Assembly: GCF_009834535.1 (NCBI RefSeq)
Contig: NC_045696.1
Coordinates: 66,590,001 to 66,654,000, forward strand
Length of the DNA: 64,000 nucleotides
Source of the DNA: Camelus ferus
Lineage: Eukaryota
Direction of reading: 5' to 3'
Shown: piece by piece, positions 49,679-62,299 of the stretch
Position numbering within the stretch: the first letter of the stretch is position 1
How the letters are laid out: the number at the start of each line of letters is the position of its first letter
Made by a program: the position numbers and the translations under genes
The notes under the pieces: model-generated
What the model was told of the DNA's origin: nothing
What the model saw: the letters and a program-made list of their open reading frames with translations, nothing else
Databases searched by the model: none

Positions 49679-50545
49679 GCTAATTATTAGAGAAATGAAA
49701 ATCAGAACTACAATGACGTATCCCCGCACACCAGTCAGAACGGCCATCATTAAAGTCCACAAATGACAAATGCTGGAGAAGGTGTGGTGAAAAGGGAACC
49801 CTCCTACACTGCTGGTGGGAATGTAAATTGGTGCAGCCACTATGGAAAACAGTATGGAAGTTCTTTGAAAAACTAAAAACAGAGTTATCCTATGATCCAG
49901 CAATCCCATTCCTGGTCTTATATCCAGAGAAAACTCTAATTTGAAAAGATGCATGCACCCCAATGTTCATAGCAGCAGTATTTACAATAGCCAAGACATG
50001 GAAACAACCTAAATGTCCACCAACAGATGACTGGATAAAGAAGTTGTGGTATATTTATACAATGGAATACTACTCAGCCATAAAAAGAATAAAATAATGC
50101 CATTTGCACCAACATGGATGGACCTGGAGATTATCATAATAAGTGAAGTAGGACAAATATCAGACTATCACTTATATGTGGAATATAGAAAAAAAGATAC
50201 AAATGAACTTATTTACAAACCAGAAATATACTAACAGACATAGAAAACAAACTATGGTTACCAAAAGGGAAAAGGTTGGGAGAGATTAATTAGGGGTTGG
50301 GGATTAAGAGACATAGATGACTATATATGAAAAAGAAAAACAACAAGGACCTACTGTTAGCACAGGGAGCTATATTCAATAACTAGTAATGACATGTAAT
50401 GGAAAAGCATCTGAAAAGAATATATATATATGTGCACTGTGTGTATAATTGAATCACTTTGCTGTACACTCAAAACTAACACAACGTTGTAAATCAACTA
50501 TACTTCAATAAAAAAAAGAAAAAGAGAAAAACAAATAAGTAAAAG
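49679..50545 (+). mobile_element. 5'-truncated LINE-1 (ORF2 C-terminus, full 3' UTR and A-tail)
   Basis: Same ORF2 region as 44466-45184; ends ...aaatcaactatacttcaataaaaaaaa. Confidence 0.93.
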
Positions 50546-51029
50546 AATAAACATTTGAGGGATTAGCAGATAGTGAGAAATGATGTGTGGGAAAGGGAAC
50601 AAGGCAACTGATTTGAGAGTGGAGAGTGGTCTGAAAAGAGGACACGGAGGAGGCAGCGGTTAGACTTGACAAGCTGGTCAATAAATAAGAATTCTCTTCT
50701 AACTGTAGGAGGAAGCTATGTGCCCTCCCTCCCCAACTCCCCCCTGTCCCAGGAAGGTACAGGATGGGACAGATTGCTGCAGCTAGCAGGTCGTAGACTG
50801 GAGTCATAACAGAGAAGGTGAAAAGATGCAGGAGGCTGGAGATGCCACATGGGGGGAGACTGGGCATGTTGAAGGGTTGCTTTGGGGGTGAGAGACTGCA
50901 CAGGATGCAACGGAAACATCCTTTAAATCCTCGGGGCATTTAACCTAGACTAGGATGGGGAAGTTCTTCCCAGAGTGTCGTGTTCAGAGCCCACGTCAGG
51001 CAGGTGGAGTGTGAGGTGAGATGAGGGGA

Positions 51030-51800
51030 CAGGACAAGATGAGGTGAAGAAAAGAAGAAGGTCAAAGTCAGGCAACTCCTCATAAGCACATCGGGAAGGC
51101 TGGACCTGGAGGGTGAAGCGCTGGGAACCCATGCCAGGCCATGAGCAGTGAGCAGGAGAGGGAGGCGGTCACGATTCAAGTGCAGAGCGTCCCTCACGAG
51201 CGCATGGAGGGGGATGTGAAATGGAGAGATGAGTTTGGAAGCCGCTGCAGCAATTGTGCTAAGAGATGCTGGAGTGTAAACCTCAAGCAGGAGCGATTTT
51301 CCTCCTAGGGTGCACGTGGCAACATTGAGAGACTCTTTTGATTGTCACGGCTTGTGGGGAGGTGCTTCTGGCTCCCTGTAGTCGAGAGAAGCCAGGGAGG
51401 CTGCGGAACGTCTTCTGATGCACGAACGGAGTTGTCTGGTCCCAGGTGCCAGCAGTGCCAAGGCTGAGAAACACTGGCCTCAGCTAAGGCAACAGCAGTG
51501 TGCACTGAAAAGAAAGGGGCGGGAAAAGGAGGCAGAACAGAGGGTACTCGGTGATTTGTCAGCTCCAAGGAACCATGGTCAGGCTTTGTGGGGCAAATGG
51601 ATGAGCCGCGCTGGTCTTTACTAAGAGAGGAAATACATGAAGAGGACAGAGTAAGTCCACGGGGGCAGGGGGGGAAGATGGTGAATTCAGCGTGAACCCT
51701 GAGCTGGAGAACTGGGTTGGAGGTGTCTGTGGAACCTCAAAGTAGAGAGGACAGTCAGCAGTTGAATATTCAAGACTTCTTGGCCAGAGAGAAATCTTGG
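51030..51800 (-). mobile_element. L2 fragment (contains MER20)
   Basis: gccaggccatgagcagtgagcaggagagggaggcggtcacgattc...gaggtgtctgtggaacctcaaagtagagaggacagtcagcagttgaatatt. Confidence 0.55.
51275..51477 (+). mobile_element. MER20 hAT-Charlie fossil nested in an L2
   Basis: gcgattttcctcctaggg...ttttgattgtcac...gccagggaggctgc...agtgccaaggctgagaaacactg. Confidence 0.8.
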
Positions 51801-51983
51801 CAAATCAGGAAGAAAGGAAACCAAGAGAAGGCGCCTGTGTCAGGATGGAGATGAGGTTCTGTCCTTAGCTGGATTTAGCATCAAGCCGTGTACAGATGGG
51901 CGCCCAGGAGTGTTTGGGAAGCATCTGGCGCTGGGGCTGACGGTATCCTTGTACCAGCAATGTGTAAATTGTTCTTTTTGCAG

Positions 51984-52076
51984 GAGCGAATACAGGCGGA
52001 TGAAGTGATCGCCATCCTGGATCAAGAACAGCAAGGGAAGCATGAACTGAATATCAACCCCAAAGATGAGCTATAA
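51984..52076 (+). CDS. P3H2: P3H2 terminal coding exon 15, ERIQADEVIAILDQEQQGKHELNINPKDEL-stop
   Basis: tttttgcag acceptor; ends in the ER-retrieval signal KDEL followed by TAA. Confidence 0.97.
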   Translation, partial: ERIQADEVIAILDQEQQGKHELNINPKDEL

Positions 52077-52295
52077 AAATGAGGGGGGGAAAGAGTGTTC
52101 TATCAGATATTTATTTAAATTGTTAATCTTATGAGAACCTTTTTATTTTTGTACAGAGCCACGATATAAATTAATAGGTTAATATGAGTCACCGGATCTC
52201 CCTTCTGTTCCTAAGGATCCTTGCTTGGCTCAGTCAAGTCTGTCTGTCTTGGTTTTTCATCAGTTCATCTCTCAACGCCCAGTCCCCTCTCCCCA

Positions 52296-52296
<1 letters not shown>

Positions 52297-52338
<42 letters not shown>
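52297..52338. repeat. (CA)21 microsatellite in the P3H2 3' UTR
   Basis: Read directly from the sequence. Confidence 0.95.
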
Positions 52339-52341
<3 letters not shown>

Positions 52342-52931
52342 CTAAACTTAGTGTGTGATTTGGACTCAGAAGGCCTTCCTGGCTCGGTGCCTTTTAGCCA
52401 CAGTCTCACCCAGGGCTGACGGCCGGCCAGGAGTTGGAATCCAAGGAGTCCGTGGCGAGGTCAGAACTCTTCAGGGATCACGGGCCAGAGGGTCCCCAGG
52501 CTCTGTGGAGGAACCGCTCTGATGAGTGCTGTGGGAGACGACCGGGTTCAGCCTTCCCAGGCCCTGGGGGCAGTTTCTGGCTCCGGTGTTTTCAGCAGAA
52601 CCTGGCACTGGAAGCCTCGATTCACCCTCCACAGCGCTTCAGAAAGGACTGCCCTAGGAGCTGTGTCTTTAAAACAGCTGTCGAGGAGTTAAAATAGAAT
52701 GGCCCATCTTCCCAGGGACTTTGGAAGGAAACCTTTAATCCATCCATCTGCACGGGGGCACCATCACCACGTTGCCTGAGAGTGGGGTCCACTGGTGAGA
52801 AGAGATGTTTTGTTCTGAAGACAGAAAAATGGATTTCTGGTTGATTCCAGTCTTCAGCTGTGTCTGTTGCTGGCCCCTTCTCTTTGCTGCGCTCCAGCTC
52901 GTGGATTTTAGTGCTTGTATCTGACTTGTGT

Positions 52932-52937
52932 AATAAA
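52932..52937 (+). terminator. Probable polyadenylation signal AATAAA
   Basis: Canonical hexamer preceded by TGTA motifs and followed by U-rich and GU-rich sequence (tttatttttcttct, tgtttggtgtgtcg, about 52962-52997). Confidence 0.72.
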
Positions 52938-53477
52938 GGGAGCCTTATTTTGATATCTGGCATTTATTTTTCTTCTCCCAAATGTTTGGTGTGTCGTCAG
53001 GTGATGGCTTTGTGGTCCCACCGGAGCTCTGGGGACAACCCAGGGGTAGTGCTGGGCTGTGGTTAGTGTTGCTGGCAGGTGCTCAGGGGCGGCAAGGAAG
53101 GTGGGAACATCACTTTTGAAAAAACAGAGATGGTTAGCAAGCGGGTGTTGATCCAGGGAACATCTGGTCCTTGGTGCCAGTTCTAAGGAATGTTTGGGGA
53201 ATGGGGACTGGAGTTGTTTTAGCCCAGGGGAGTCTGCTCCACTCACCCGTGGGAGACCACCTGCCTCTGGGATGGGCAGTGGTGGAGGTCATAGCCCTTG
53301 AGAAAATTAACAGATAAAAGCATTTTCTAAAAATCACATTTACTTTCTGCCATTCGTGATCTTGGGTAGCGGTCAGAACAGTCATCCTCTGAGGCTGAAA
53401 AATTGAGTGTTAGTGATTTTGTGCCATCTGTTTTCCACCCCACCGTGGGGTTGCACATTCACCGTGGGAGTGTGGAA

Positions 53478-53610
53478 AGAGCATTAGATTAATAGTTCCA
53501 GCCCCGTCACATACGCTCTACTGTGTGACCTGGAGCTACTCTCTTTCCCTCTCTGGGCTTCAGTTTCCTTCTCGGAAAATGATGTAACTGGTTGTGATTG
53601 TTTCCAAAAG
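53478..53610 (+). mobile_element. MIR/MIR3
   Basis: ctactgtgtgacctggagctactctctttccctctctgggcttcagtttccttctcggaaaatg. Confidence 0.65.
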
Positions 53611-56600
53611 CCCTCCCTCTTGCCCTAAATACAAAGCAAAGACAAAACAAAGAAAAACACCGGTTTTAGAGACATTCACCAATACAACCAAATTGACCTC
53701 GACTAACATTTTGAGAATTTGCAAATGGGTTCATTAAGTACCTGTGGGATTTTAAAACTTGAACCCTAATTTTAGGGCTGAAAATCCCTGAGCTTTGAAA
53801 AGGGAGGTTGCCATTTGTTTGCTCTCTGACAGACGTGTTTGCTGGCGCTCAGATTTGCTGATAGGAGGTTCTGGCCAAGGATCTAATTTCTGTTTTCTGG
53901 CAACAAGGTATCAACAGAGAAAACAGTGCTCTGGCTGCTTGCCGTCCCCGCTTCCTGGGTGCTCTGGGCGCTCAGGGAGAGGCCAGGACTCCGGCACTGA
54001 TTCTGCAGCTCAGCCCCACAGACGGCGAGCAGAGACCTCAGTAAACGGCACCGGGGCAGCTCCCATCTTGTGCCCCGGCCGACAGCAGAGTGGTCGTTCC
54101 TGTTTTGCAGGCTCCCCGTGTTGTGTTATACCTGAGACACCATGTATACACGCAAGCTTTTAAGTTTTAATCTGCCCCACATCAAACCATCCCTAACTTC
54201 ATTCAAATATTAGGGAGTGTCATCAGATGATTTTAAAAAGATCAAGCTCATAAATCATAGTCTATGTGATGTGTCGTTCCTTGTGTAGAAGGATTGGAAA
54301 ACCCATTAGGATTTTTTCAGTTTTTTTAAGAGCTGAAAGAGAAATCACATAGAAATCACAATGCAACTCCTTCTTTCTGTCTGGGAAGAAACTGAGACTC
54401 AGAGGTAGGAAAAATGATGATGTGGTTACAGAATCTGAGCAGGCTGCAGAAGTGACCTATGGGAGAGTCTTGGCCCAGGGCAGCTCTCGCTAGAGGAAGG
54501 GGTGCCTTTTTGGTATTGCTCATCAACCCATGCACCTGCAGGGATGTGTCTGTCCAGAAACGGTGCCTCCTTCCAATTCATTTAAAAGTGCTACCTGTGC
54601 TTGAGGCAGCCCTGGCTAAAAAGCCCAGTTCTATGACTCCAAGTCTAGGACCATCCTCTGTACCCCTTGTCATAATGATTTTTTTTCCCTTGTCTAAAAA
54701 GCCTGCAGTTTCCCAGACCTTTTTATTTTCACTTGTATTATTGTATTATAGAATGCTTATGTAACACAGAACAGGTTCTCACACGGGGAACCCCAGGAGG
54801 TGTTCCAGGCACAGATGATGGTGCCCATTTTACAGATAAGGAAACTGAGAGCAATGAAAAGAGGTCAGAGCCTGTGGTCACTGGGCTCCAAGTGTCCACG
54901 TCTGAAGCAGAAGCACAGTCTTTTAAAACAAGAGGGAAGAAAAAAAGCACCAGGTTGTTTGCTCTCAGGCATATTTAATATAAAATAGTACATTCATGTA
55001 AAGAACAGAATTAGATTTTTATAAAATCGAAACTTTTTCTCCTCTTTTATTTTCCTGCTGATATGTGAAGGCATATTTCCTCTTCTCTCTGAGAGATATT
55101 GAATATGGATTGCACAATTCAATTAAGCAAATACCTGGGGTCCGCCCCTGCTTTCATGAAATTCATAAAAGGGAAGAAAGAAGGTTCTAGTCTGGAGTCA
55201 TTTCCTCTCCTGCCAAGGCAGAAAGAATCTGGAAAATTAAATTAAATTAAATTAAATTTCTTCTTGAGAAAACCCAACACAGGACAGAGTGAGAATCTTG
55301 GATGTGTGAGGTGCTTTCTTCAGAGCCCTCCATGTAAATTACTTGACAAGGAAATTTTAGTTTTCACGCAGTCTTCATCAGGACTTGGTACAGAGCATTT
55401 TTTGGCACTTGGTCAGCTGAGGAGAAGCCACGGAATGAGTCAGTACCCTTTAATAATATATACCTATGAATTTTAATTGCAGTACAAATGCTGCATTATT
55501 TCATATACGACAGCCACGGGGAACAACTCCCTTACTGACGTCAAGAGGGGAGGTAATGAGGGCCACCTCAGGAGTTCTTTATGCCAGAGAATTAAACCTT
55601 CTGAGGTGACTGACAATGGTGTGGCAGAGAAGCAGGGGAAAATTGAACTGTTCCCACATTCAAAGCTCTTCGGGGAAACAGGAGCCATTTGGCAAAAAAA
55701 CCCAAACCACAAGTTGGATCGGGCTCCCGGCGATGCGCCCTCGCTCCCTCCTGCCAAGGAGCCCGGGATGTGAAGCGACCTCCCCACACGGTCCCACATC
55801 CCACCCCCCAATCTTTACCCCCAGTTCGTTGGCTGCTTCCAACATGAGACATGAGGGCCCGTTCTGTTTTGGACCTGGACGATTTCTCCAGGCACATTGA
55901 GACAAGTCAGGTCCACCACTGGGCTCCCTGTGGGGTGGGAGTTGCAGACTCCTGCCGTCAGAGCTCCCCCCTGCCCGCCTCCCCCTGGGAAATCACGGTG
56001 TTTTCTGTGCCCGCTGCTGACCTCTGAGGCCAGACAAATGTCAAGTCTGGAATAATCTGATCATAAATCCTGGCTTGCTCTCCGATGGGTGGTATCAGCC
56101 ACGTGAAGAATTGCCTTAGTGCATCACCTCTGCTTTCAAAGACCTTATAAAGGGCCCCCAAGGAAATTCACCAAACAAAGAGTTCCTGCCCGCTCTCCTC
56201 CTGACACCCACTGCTAGGGAGGGAAATCTGAAGGTGCTGTTAGTTCAGGATCTAACCCACCCTTTCCGGCTACTTGGTAGGATTCATCTGGGTGGAGGGG
56301 GACAAAGGTGAGCAAGGTGAGCCTCGCCCTTTCTTTGCACGTGAGGCCACCGCAGAGGAGGCCGATGTTAAACCAGGATCTGATAGGCTTTCCACCGTGA
56401 CGGTCCTTCTCCTAAGTCACCTTCTGCGCTGGCAGGGCCGGCCCACCGCCTTCTTCACCGAGTCCCCTCTTCCACAGAATTCTACCTGGAAATTCTTGCC
56501 CTTGGTCCCTCCTGGCAGGTTGAGGTGCCTTCCCCCCGGACGACAGTGTGATGCCAAAGACCCTGGAATTCCTCTTGAGCCTCTAGTGAAACCCTCCTCC

Positions 56601-59600
56601 CTCTTCCCGAGTTACCATCCGATGGTGGGCGGGGATAAAAGTGGGGACCAGACGAGAAGGATTAGCTGCTCTGTCTCAGCGTTTTCCACTTGTAAATCAT
56701 ACAGCCCATTGTTTCAAAGGGTTGTAATCATGGTTGGCATTTATAAAGGCTTTTTATGGTCTTGAAGCACTTGGCAATCAGATGTAAGTACGTAATTATC
56801 TTGAGAGACACATCAGTGCAGTCTTCATCTTGTAAACAGAGAGAAGGAACCGTCACAGCCAAGGGGGTACAGGAGAGCTCTGGGCACTCATGAATTCAGT
56901 CCTCAGTCTGTGAGTGATTCCTTGGTTGCAGGTTTGGGGAGGTGTTAAAAAATGAGTAAGAGTCCATCCCTTCCTTTAGAAATTCAAAGTAAAGTGGAAA
57001 AAGATAGATGTAAGCCAACGAAGAAAGGTAAAATGAGGTAAGTGTGGGGCTAGAAGGGTTTTGACGGACACAGGTACAAAAGCGCCCATGTGGGTCCAGA
57101 GAAGGGAGTGGCTGGGGGGAGGGGGGGCTTGCAGAGCAGGTGGCATTAAAGCTGGGCCTTGAGTGCCTGCCTGTCACCAATCAGCAGAAATGAGCCATGA
57201 CGTCCTCAGCTGAAAAAGAGGCTGAGTTTGAATTCAGTGGTTTACTGGGTTCTAAAATACGAAGATTTCAGGAAAGTTGGAGAGCTGATTGTAAAGTTGG
57301 TGTTTTGAAGGAGGGTGCGGGATGGGATCTTTCCTACAAGGTGCCCTGGGGAAGCATGTTCATGAATGCCGTGAAAATCCAAATAAATACCAGTTTAAAA
57401 GGAGTTTTATTTTATTCCCTTGTGAGGAGGTATATTTAAGCGCTTAGGGTAAAGCAGTCAAGGACCAGGCTTCTTACTAAAAAAAGCAGAACCCCATCAG
57501 GGGTCAGAAAAAGCTGAAGGGAACCCCGTCATTCAGGTAAAAGTCGATGAGCTCGCCCAATGGCATTTCCCTCTGCTCAAGAGGCCAAGGGAGTTTTTCT
57601 CCTGTGCACCCTGGAGCTAGTCCACTCACTCAGATTCTTCCCCTTTCATCTCAGAAATGGGAAGAGTGGTGCTATTCCAGCCCATCTGAGGATATTCAGA
57701 TGTGTTGTCTGAAAAGCCTAAAGCATCTGGCAAAATCAGTCAAGCTTATGGTGCAGCCAGAGAGCTATGGAACCTGGAATGGTAAGGACAGCTCTTTCAA
57801 TGTCAGACGGGGAACAGAGTTTCGGAAGCTTTGGGAATCCATGGAAGCAAACCAGCTCCAACAGGAGTCCGTGGGGCCCGTTCACCCAACTTAGAACCAA
57901 AGGGTTGAATAAGAAGACATTATGCAATAAAGCGTCCAATCACACTTAACTGCGTTTGTTCTCTGTACTGGGTTTTGGTTCGCTAAACTTTGCAAATGCC
58001 TTTGAAGGTCTTAAGCAATCATATTGCTTAGACCAAGAATAAATTAAGAGACCCTGAGGCTTAGAAGCCAACTTCAAGGCTTCTGGTCACCAGACAACTA
58101 CCCTCGGCTCTCATAATATTCCAACATTTAGCAACGTTTACTGAACGGGCACCAGTATTTTTATTGTAGTTGAAGTTCAGAGTTTCAGGACATGCTTTCC
58201 TTACAAGATATTATGAATCAGAATTATACTCATTTGGCATTATTATTGGTAATTAAATAAACGCTGTTTAGTTTTTTTTTTTCTTTTTTTCTCCCTTTCT
58301 CAGTATCGGAGATGAAGGTGTAACAACATTTTTTAGCACAGTTGGGTTATGAGCAGTCTTGATTCACAATCTAATGCACCTTCAGCTACTTCAAGTGAAG
58401 AACAGGCAGGAAGGCATTGTGGGGCCTCCCCTGACTGTGCGGAGTCAGGGTTCCTGGAGAACATTCCACTTGTCTTCATTGTGTAGCTTTGTAGTCACTA
58501 TGCATTTCACGACGTCCCAGGAGATGGGGCCATTATTCACGTGGAAAGAGAAACCCAGAGTAGACGAATGATGTGACTTAAAGTCACAGGTGTCAGTTTC
58601 CCAAGTTAAAAATAAGTGGCTGTAGTCTCTAAGGGCATTTTACAATTCGGATCCATTTTTACGAAGAGATAACAGAGGGCAGAGGAATTCTGATGTGCTT
58701 GTCTGACCCCAGGTCTCAGCACTCCTCCACACCCCAGTGGAAATCCAGAAGGAGCGTGGTGTCTTCGGTAAGATGGTTGCTACCACCGCTCAGAGAGTGC
58801 CAGGTCTGGTTACGGCTCTGTTTCAACACGCTCCGGTTTCCTTGAAGGGAGCACTTTGAGCCTCCTCTGAACTTCAGGCCGCAGGGCTGAGCACAGGGTA
58901 CAGATTTTTCCTCTAGACATTTGGCTTCTGAGTAATGTTTTTTTGGTCTCTAAGAGTAATAAAAGTACATCAGATGTTGCTCCCTGTACCATGAACTTTG
59001 CTTTGAAGCACCAGTGAGCCACTTCAAAGGCTCGGCACCACGCAGATAGGGAGATGCTGTTCCTGGGGACTCCGCTCTGCTGAGATGCGCCCACCAACCT
59101 GGGACACGATGCCCACGGAGGCCCTTACCAACTAAAGACCGGGTGTCAGAAATGTCAAATGTGACAGATGGGCAGACTGAAAACTTCAGACTGCCCTGCC
59201 TTTAGAATCAGCAGAGACTGATAGCTATCATGCTTTCAACTCTACGGAGAATATAAACGCATCGTTTTCATGCAGAACAATTTACAGACGAAATAGAAAG
59301 ATATCCAAATGGCCCTCAAAGCTCAGCCTAGAGAGTTTGTGGTCATTGCTTATCTGCAGTCAGCACTGAACTGTCCAGAGCTGGTTAGACTGAGATCAAT
59401 CTTGTGAAGGAAACATGTGGAGAATCGAAACCATGATAAGGCTTTGTATTTATAGTTCAGCCAATGACAATCACTGCAAACAACAGACTCCAAGGTGGGA
59501 GGGGCCTTAGGGAGCATCCAGTCCTATGCGCTTTATTTTAGAGCTGGGGAAATGGAAGCCCAGACAAGAAGTTCATTCACCCAACTTTACTTTGAAACTT

Positions 59601-60376
59601 ACTGGTACAGTCTGGACTTAACCCCAGGAGCCCGACTCCCAGTCCAGAGCCCCATCACATGAGTCAGGGGTCAGCAGCAGAGAAGACACGGGTTTTGTGC
59701 CTCCTAGACTTGGGGAGCCTGACTGACTTTACTCGCTCTCTGATAATGGACACATCTCCTGCCCTCTCATTTCCAAAGTCTGCATCTGCAAAGGGCTAGT
59801 GATACCTACCTGATGAGCTGTCATAAGCTTTAATTGAGATCATAGAAGGAAAACACTAAGCACATAGCAAGCAACCATTAAAAGGCAATTGCCATTTTTA
59901 CTATATCAGAGAACCTAAAAAGAAAAGAAAAAAAAGACTAGAACTATGACTTTTCTAGCAATGCTTTCCTAGCCCCACGACACTTCTTAATAATGCCTTC
60001 TCTCAGGAAGCATCTTGGAATCCTCAAAGTTAGTTTTCATACAATTTGATTTAAAATTTCTCTCTGGCCAAAAATAACACACTTATTGCTGGGGCAGGAG
60101 AACAAGTGAAGAGAAACCTGTTACATAAAATCAAGAGGGTGTTTCCATTCCAAGCTGATTGTCAGTCATCAGTCGAGAAAGGAGATGCCCGCTTTTCTGT
60201 CAGCCACCTGGTCTGGCCCTTTTAGCTTCCTAGTCTCTGCACTGCAATGTTTCATTGGCTGTTCCTGGTCCTCTCTGTCCCAGCACATTGAGAGGCACAA
60301 CAATTTCTACCTATTCCTTTTATTAAGCATTCTCTCACTTGCTTTTCCACTGTGTAGAAAACACAGAATCATTGCT

Positions 60377-60394
60377 TAGCAGTAGAGGGCACTG
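60377..60394 (+). promoter_or_regulatory. Candidate CTCF motif
   Basis: GCAGTAGAGGGCAC (60379-60392) matches CCASYAGRKGGCRS at 13/14 positions. Confidence 0.45.
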
Positions 60395-60854
60395 TCACCA
60401 TATTTTGCTCGAAGGGGTAAAAAAAGATACTTCTGTGCATTCATTTGTTCACGCATTCATTTTGACAAGTCTTGGTTTAACATCTACTAGGAAGGATGTT
60501 AAGCAAACGTAAGAGGGGGGCATATAGTCTGGGTAGAAAGGCTACACAATAAAAGATGATATACCTGCTCTGTGCAAACACGAAGAGTATATGTTTTGGA
60601 GTTTTTTGAAGAGAGCAGAGATGAGAGGAGGCTTAGATAGCCCAGGGAGAATTTTTGAGGGAGTTGGTCTAGAGCTGGTCCTTAAAGGATGAGTTGGACA
60701 TGGAACAGCAAAGATGGAAGAAGCAAAAGGTAAAATGAACAGTAAACGCAGAGCCGTGAATTGCCATGAACATCAATTCTGTAACCATGGCAACCGCTAC
60801 TCCGACAAGTATCACCTCTGCCTCTTACAATAGTTGTCATGGACCACGTGGATG

Positions 60855-61040
60855 GAGACTTTCACAGCCATGATCTCATTCGGCCCTGACGGCAATCCTG
60901 TGACTTCAGTTCTACAGGTATTATTATTATTATTATTCCTTGACTAGTAAGAATGTTGAGACCCTTAGAGGGAAAGTAACTTGTGTAAGGCCACACAAGC
61001 AGTCTCTGGTGGTGTCAGGATCCTCTGACTCGTTTTTCTC
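60855..61040 (-). mobile_element. MIR
   Basis: atgatctcattcggccctgacggcaatcctgtga...gagggaaagtaacttgtgtaaggccacacaagc. Confidence 0.65.
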
Positions 61041-62213
61041 CCAGTGAGTGCAGTAGGAAGCCCTGCTTGTGACACAGACTCACAGCAAAGAGAGTCTGGG
61101 ATGCAGAGTAACAGGATAAGTTTCAGTTGTCAGGCTGGCTTCGGGTTACCGAGGGCTTGACCGAAAGCTAGACTGCGGTACTGGGGCTTGAGCCTGTAAA
61201 CCTCAGGAAGGCTTCTGAGGTTTGGGAAAGCCAGAGATGGGTGGTTACTCACCGTAGTGGCAGAGCAAAGCTGGCACATGAGATAATGGAAGGAAAAGGA
61301 GAGAGATCAGGACACCAATAAAGAAAATATTACAGGATTTGAGGCTGGGGGGGGTGGTAGTAAATGGGAGTGGCCTCCTCCAGTGGGGAGGAGATCTTAT
61401 CACTGCCAATCATTGCTGGCACATAGAAATAATACAAAGCAGATTAACTTTAAATTGACTGGTTTTTAATTCCCTACAGACAACACAACTCCTTACTGCC
61501 TGCAGCCCAGGGAAGTCTAATGCCACTAGCCGCCATCCCCTGTCCCTCGACACCTTCCGGTCCCCCACTGCCAAGCGCAATGTGAGGACAGTCTGGATCA
61601 GGCTGGCAGTGGCGGGACTCACAGTCGAGAGCTGAGGAGAACTATTCTGAAGAGAAAAGAAATAAGGAATTGATGGCTGACAGAATCACCAAGGAAAGAA
61701 GATAAAAACCATGATTCTGAGATTTTGAGCCTAGGAAAATAATGATGTCAATAATGCAAGTAGGGAGAATAAGGGAAAAAAAAAATTGGTTTTCAGAGGC
61801 AACATGATCTTACTGGGCAGGAGGACTTTCAAGCAGCAACTCAGCGCTCGATGGAATGCTTTGGTGCAACTTATTTCCTTCCCTGCTTATTGATTTCTTG
61901 CTTTTCACTTTTCATCTGAAACTTATAAATGGTGGGGATTGTTTACTGCTCCTTTACAAGTAAGGAAATTGATGGGAGGGATAAAACTGCCAAGGTACTG
62001 GTGTTACCAATCTTTGTTTAAATCCCTTCCACTGACATCAAAATCAGTTTCATTCTTCTTATGATGACGGAACTGTGAATATTGGAGCCCTTTCTACCGC
62101 CTTTCCCTCCTTGACTCCCTAACCCAGACTGCCTGTTCTTGCCTCTCAGATGTTTGCATTCTGTCTTCTCTTCCCAGAACACTCTTATGCTCCCCAAACC
62201 TCTCCAGATTCAC

Positions 62214-62299
62214 CAGGATGATCAACCGTCTCGGTTTCCCTAGGACTGAACGTCAAAACCAGGACAGTCCCAGGCAAACCTGGACAGCTGGTCACCTTA
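62214..62299. mobile_element. MER81/MER94-like hAT-Blackjack MITE
   Basis: Palindromic element caggatgatcaaccgtctcggtttccctaggactg...cagtcccaggcaaacctggacagctggtcacctta. Confidence 0.75.

Larger units (their letters stand above)
52077..52960 (+). other. P3H2: P3H2 3' UTR (3' end approximate)
   Basis: Runs from the stop codon to about 20 nt past the first AATAAA found downstream. AU-rich proximal part and an internal (CA)21. Confidence 0.7.

Noticed and set aside
56143..56153. Possible CArG box ccttataaagg
   Set aside because: It has seven A/T between CC and GG instead of six.
56274..56765. Longest ORF in the track (163 aa)
   Set aside because: Starts at TTG, has no recognisable homology or splice context, and is expected by chance in GC-richer sequence.
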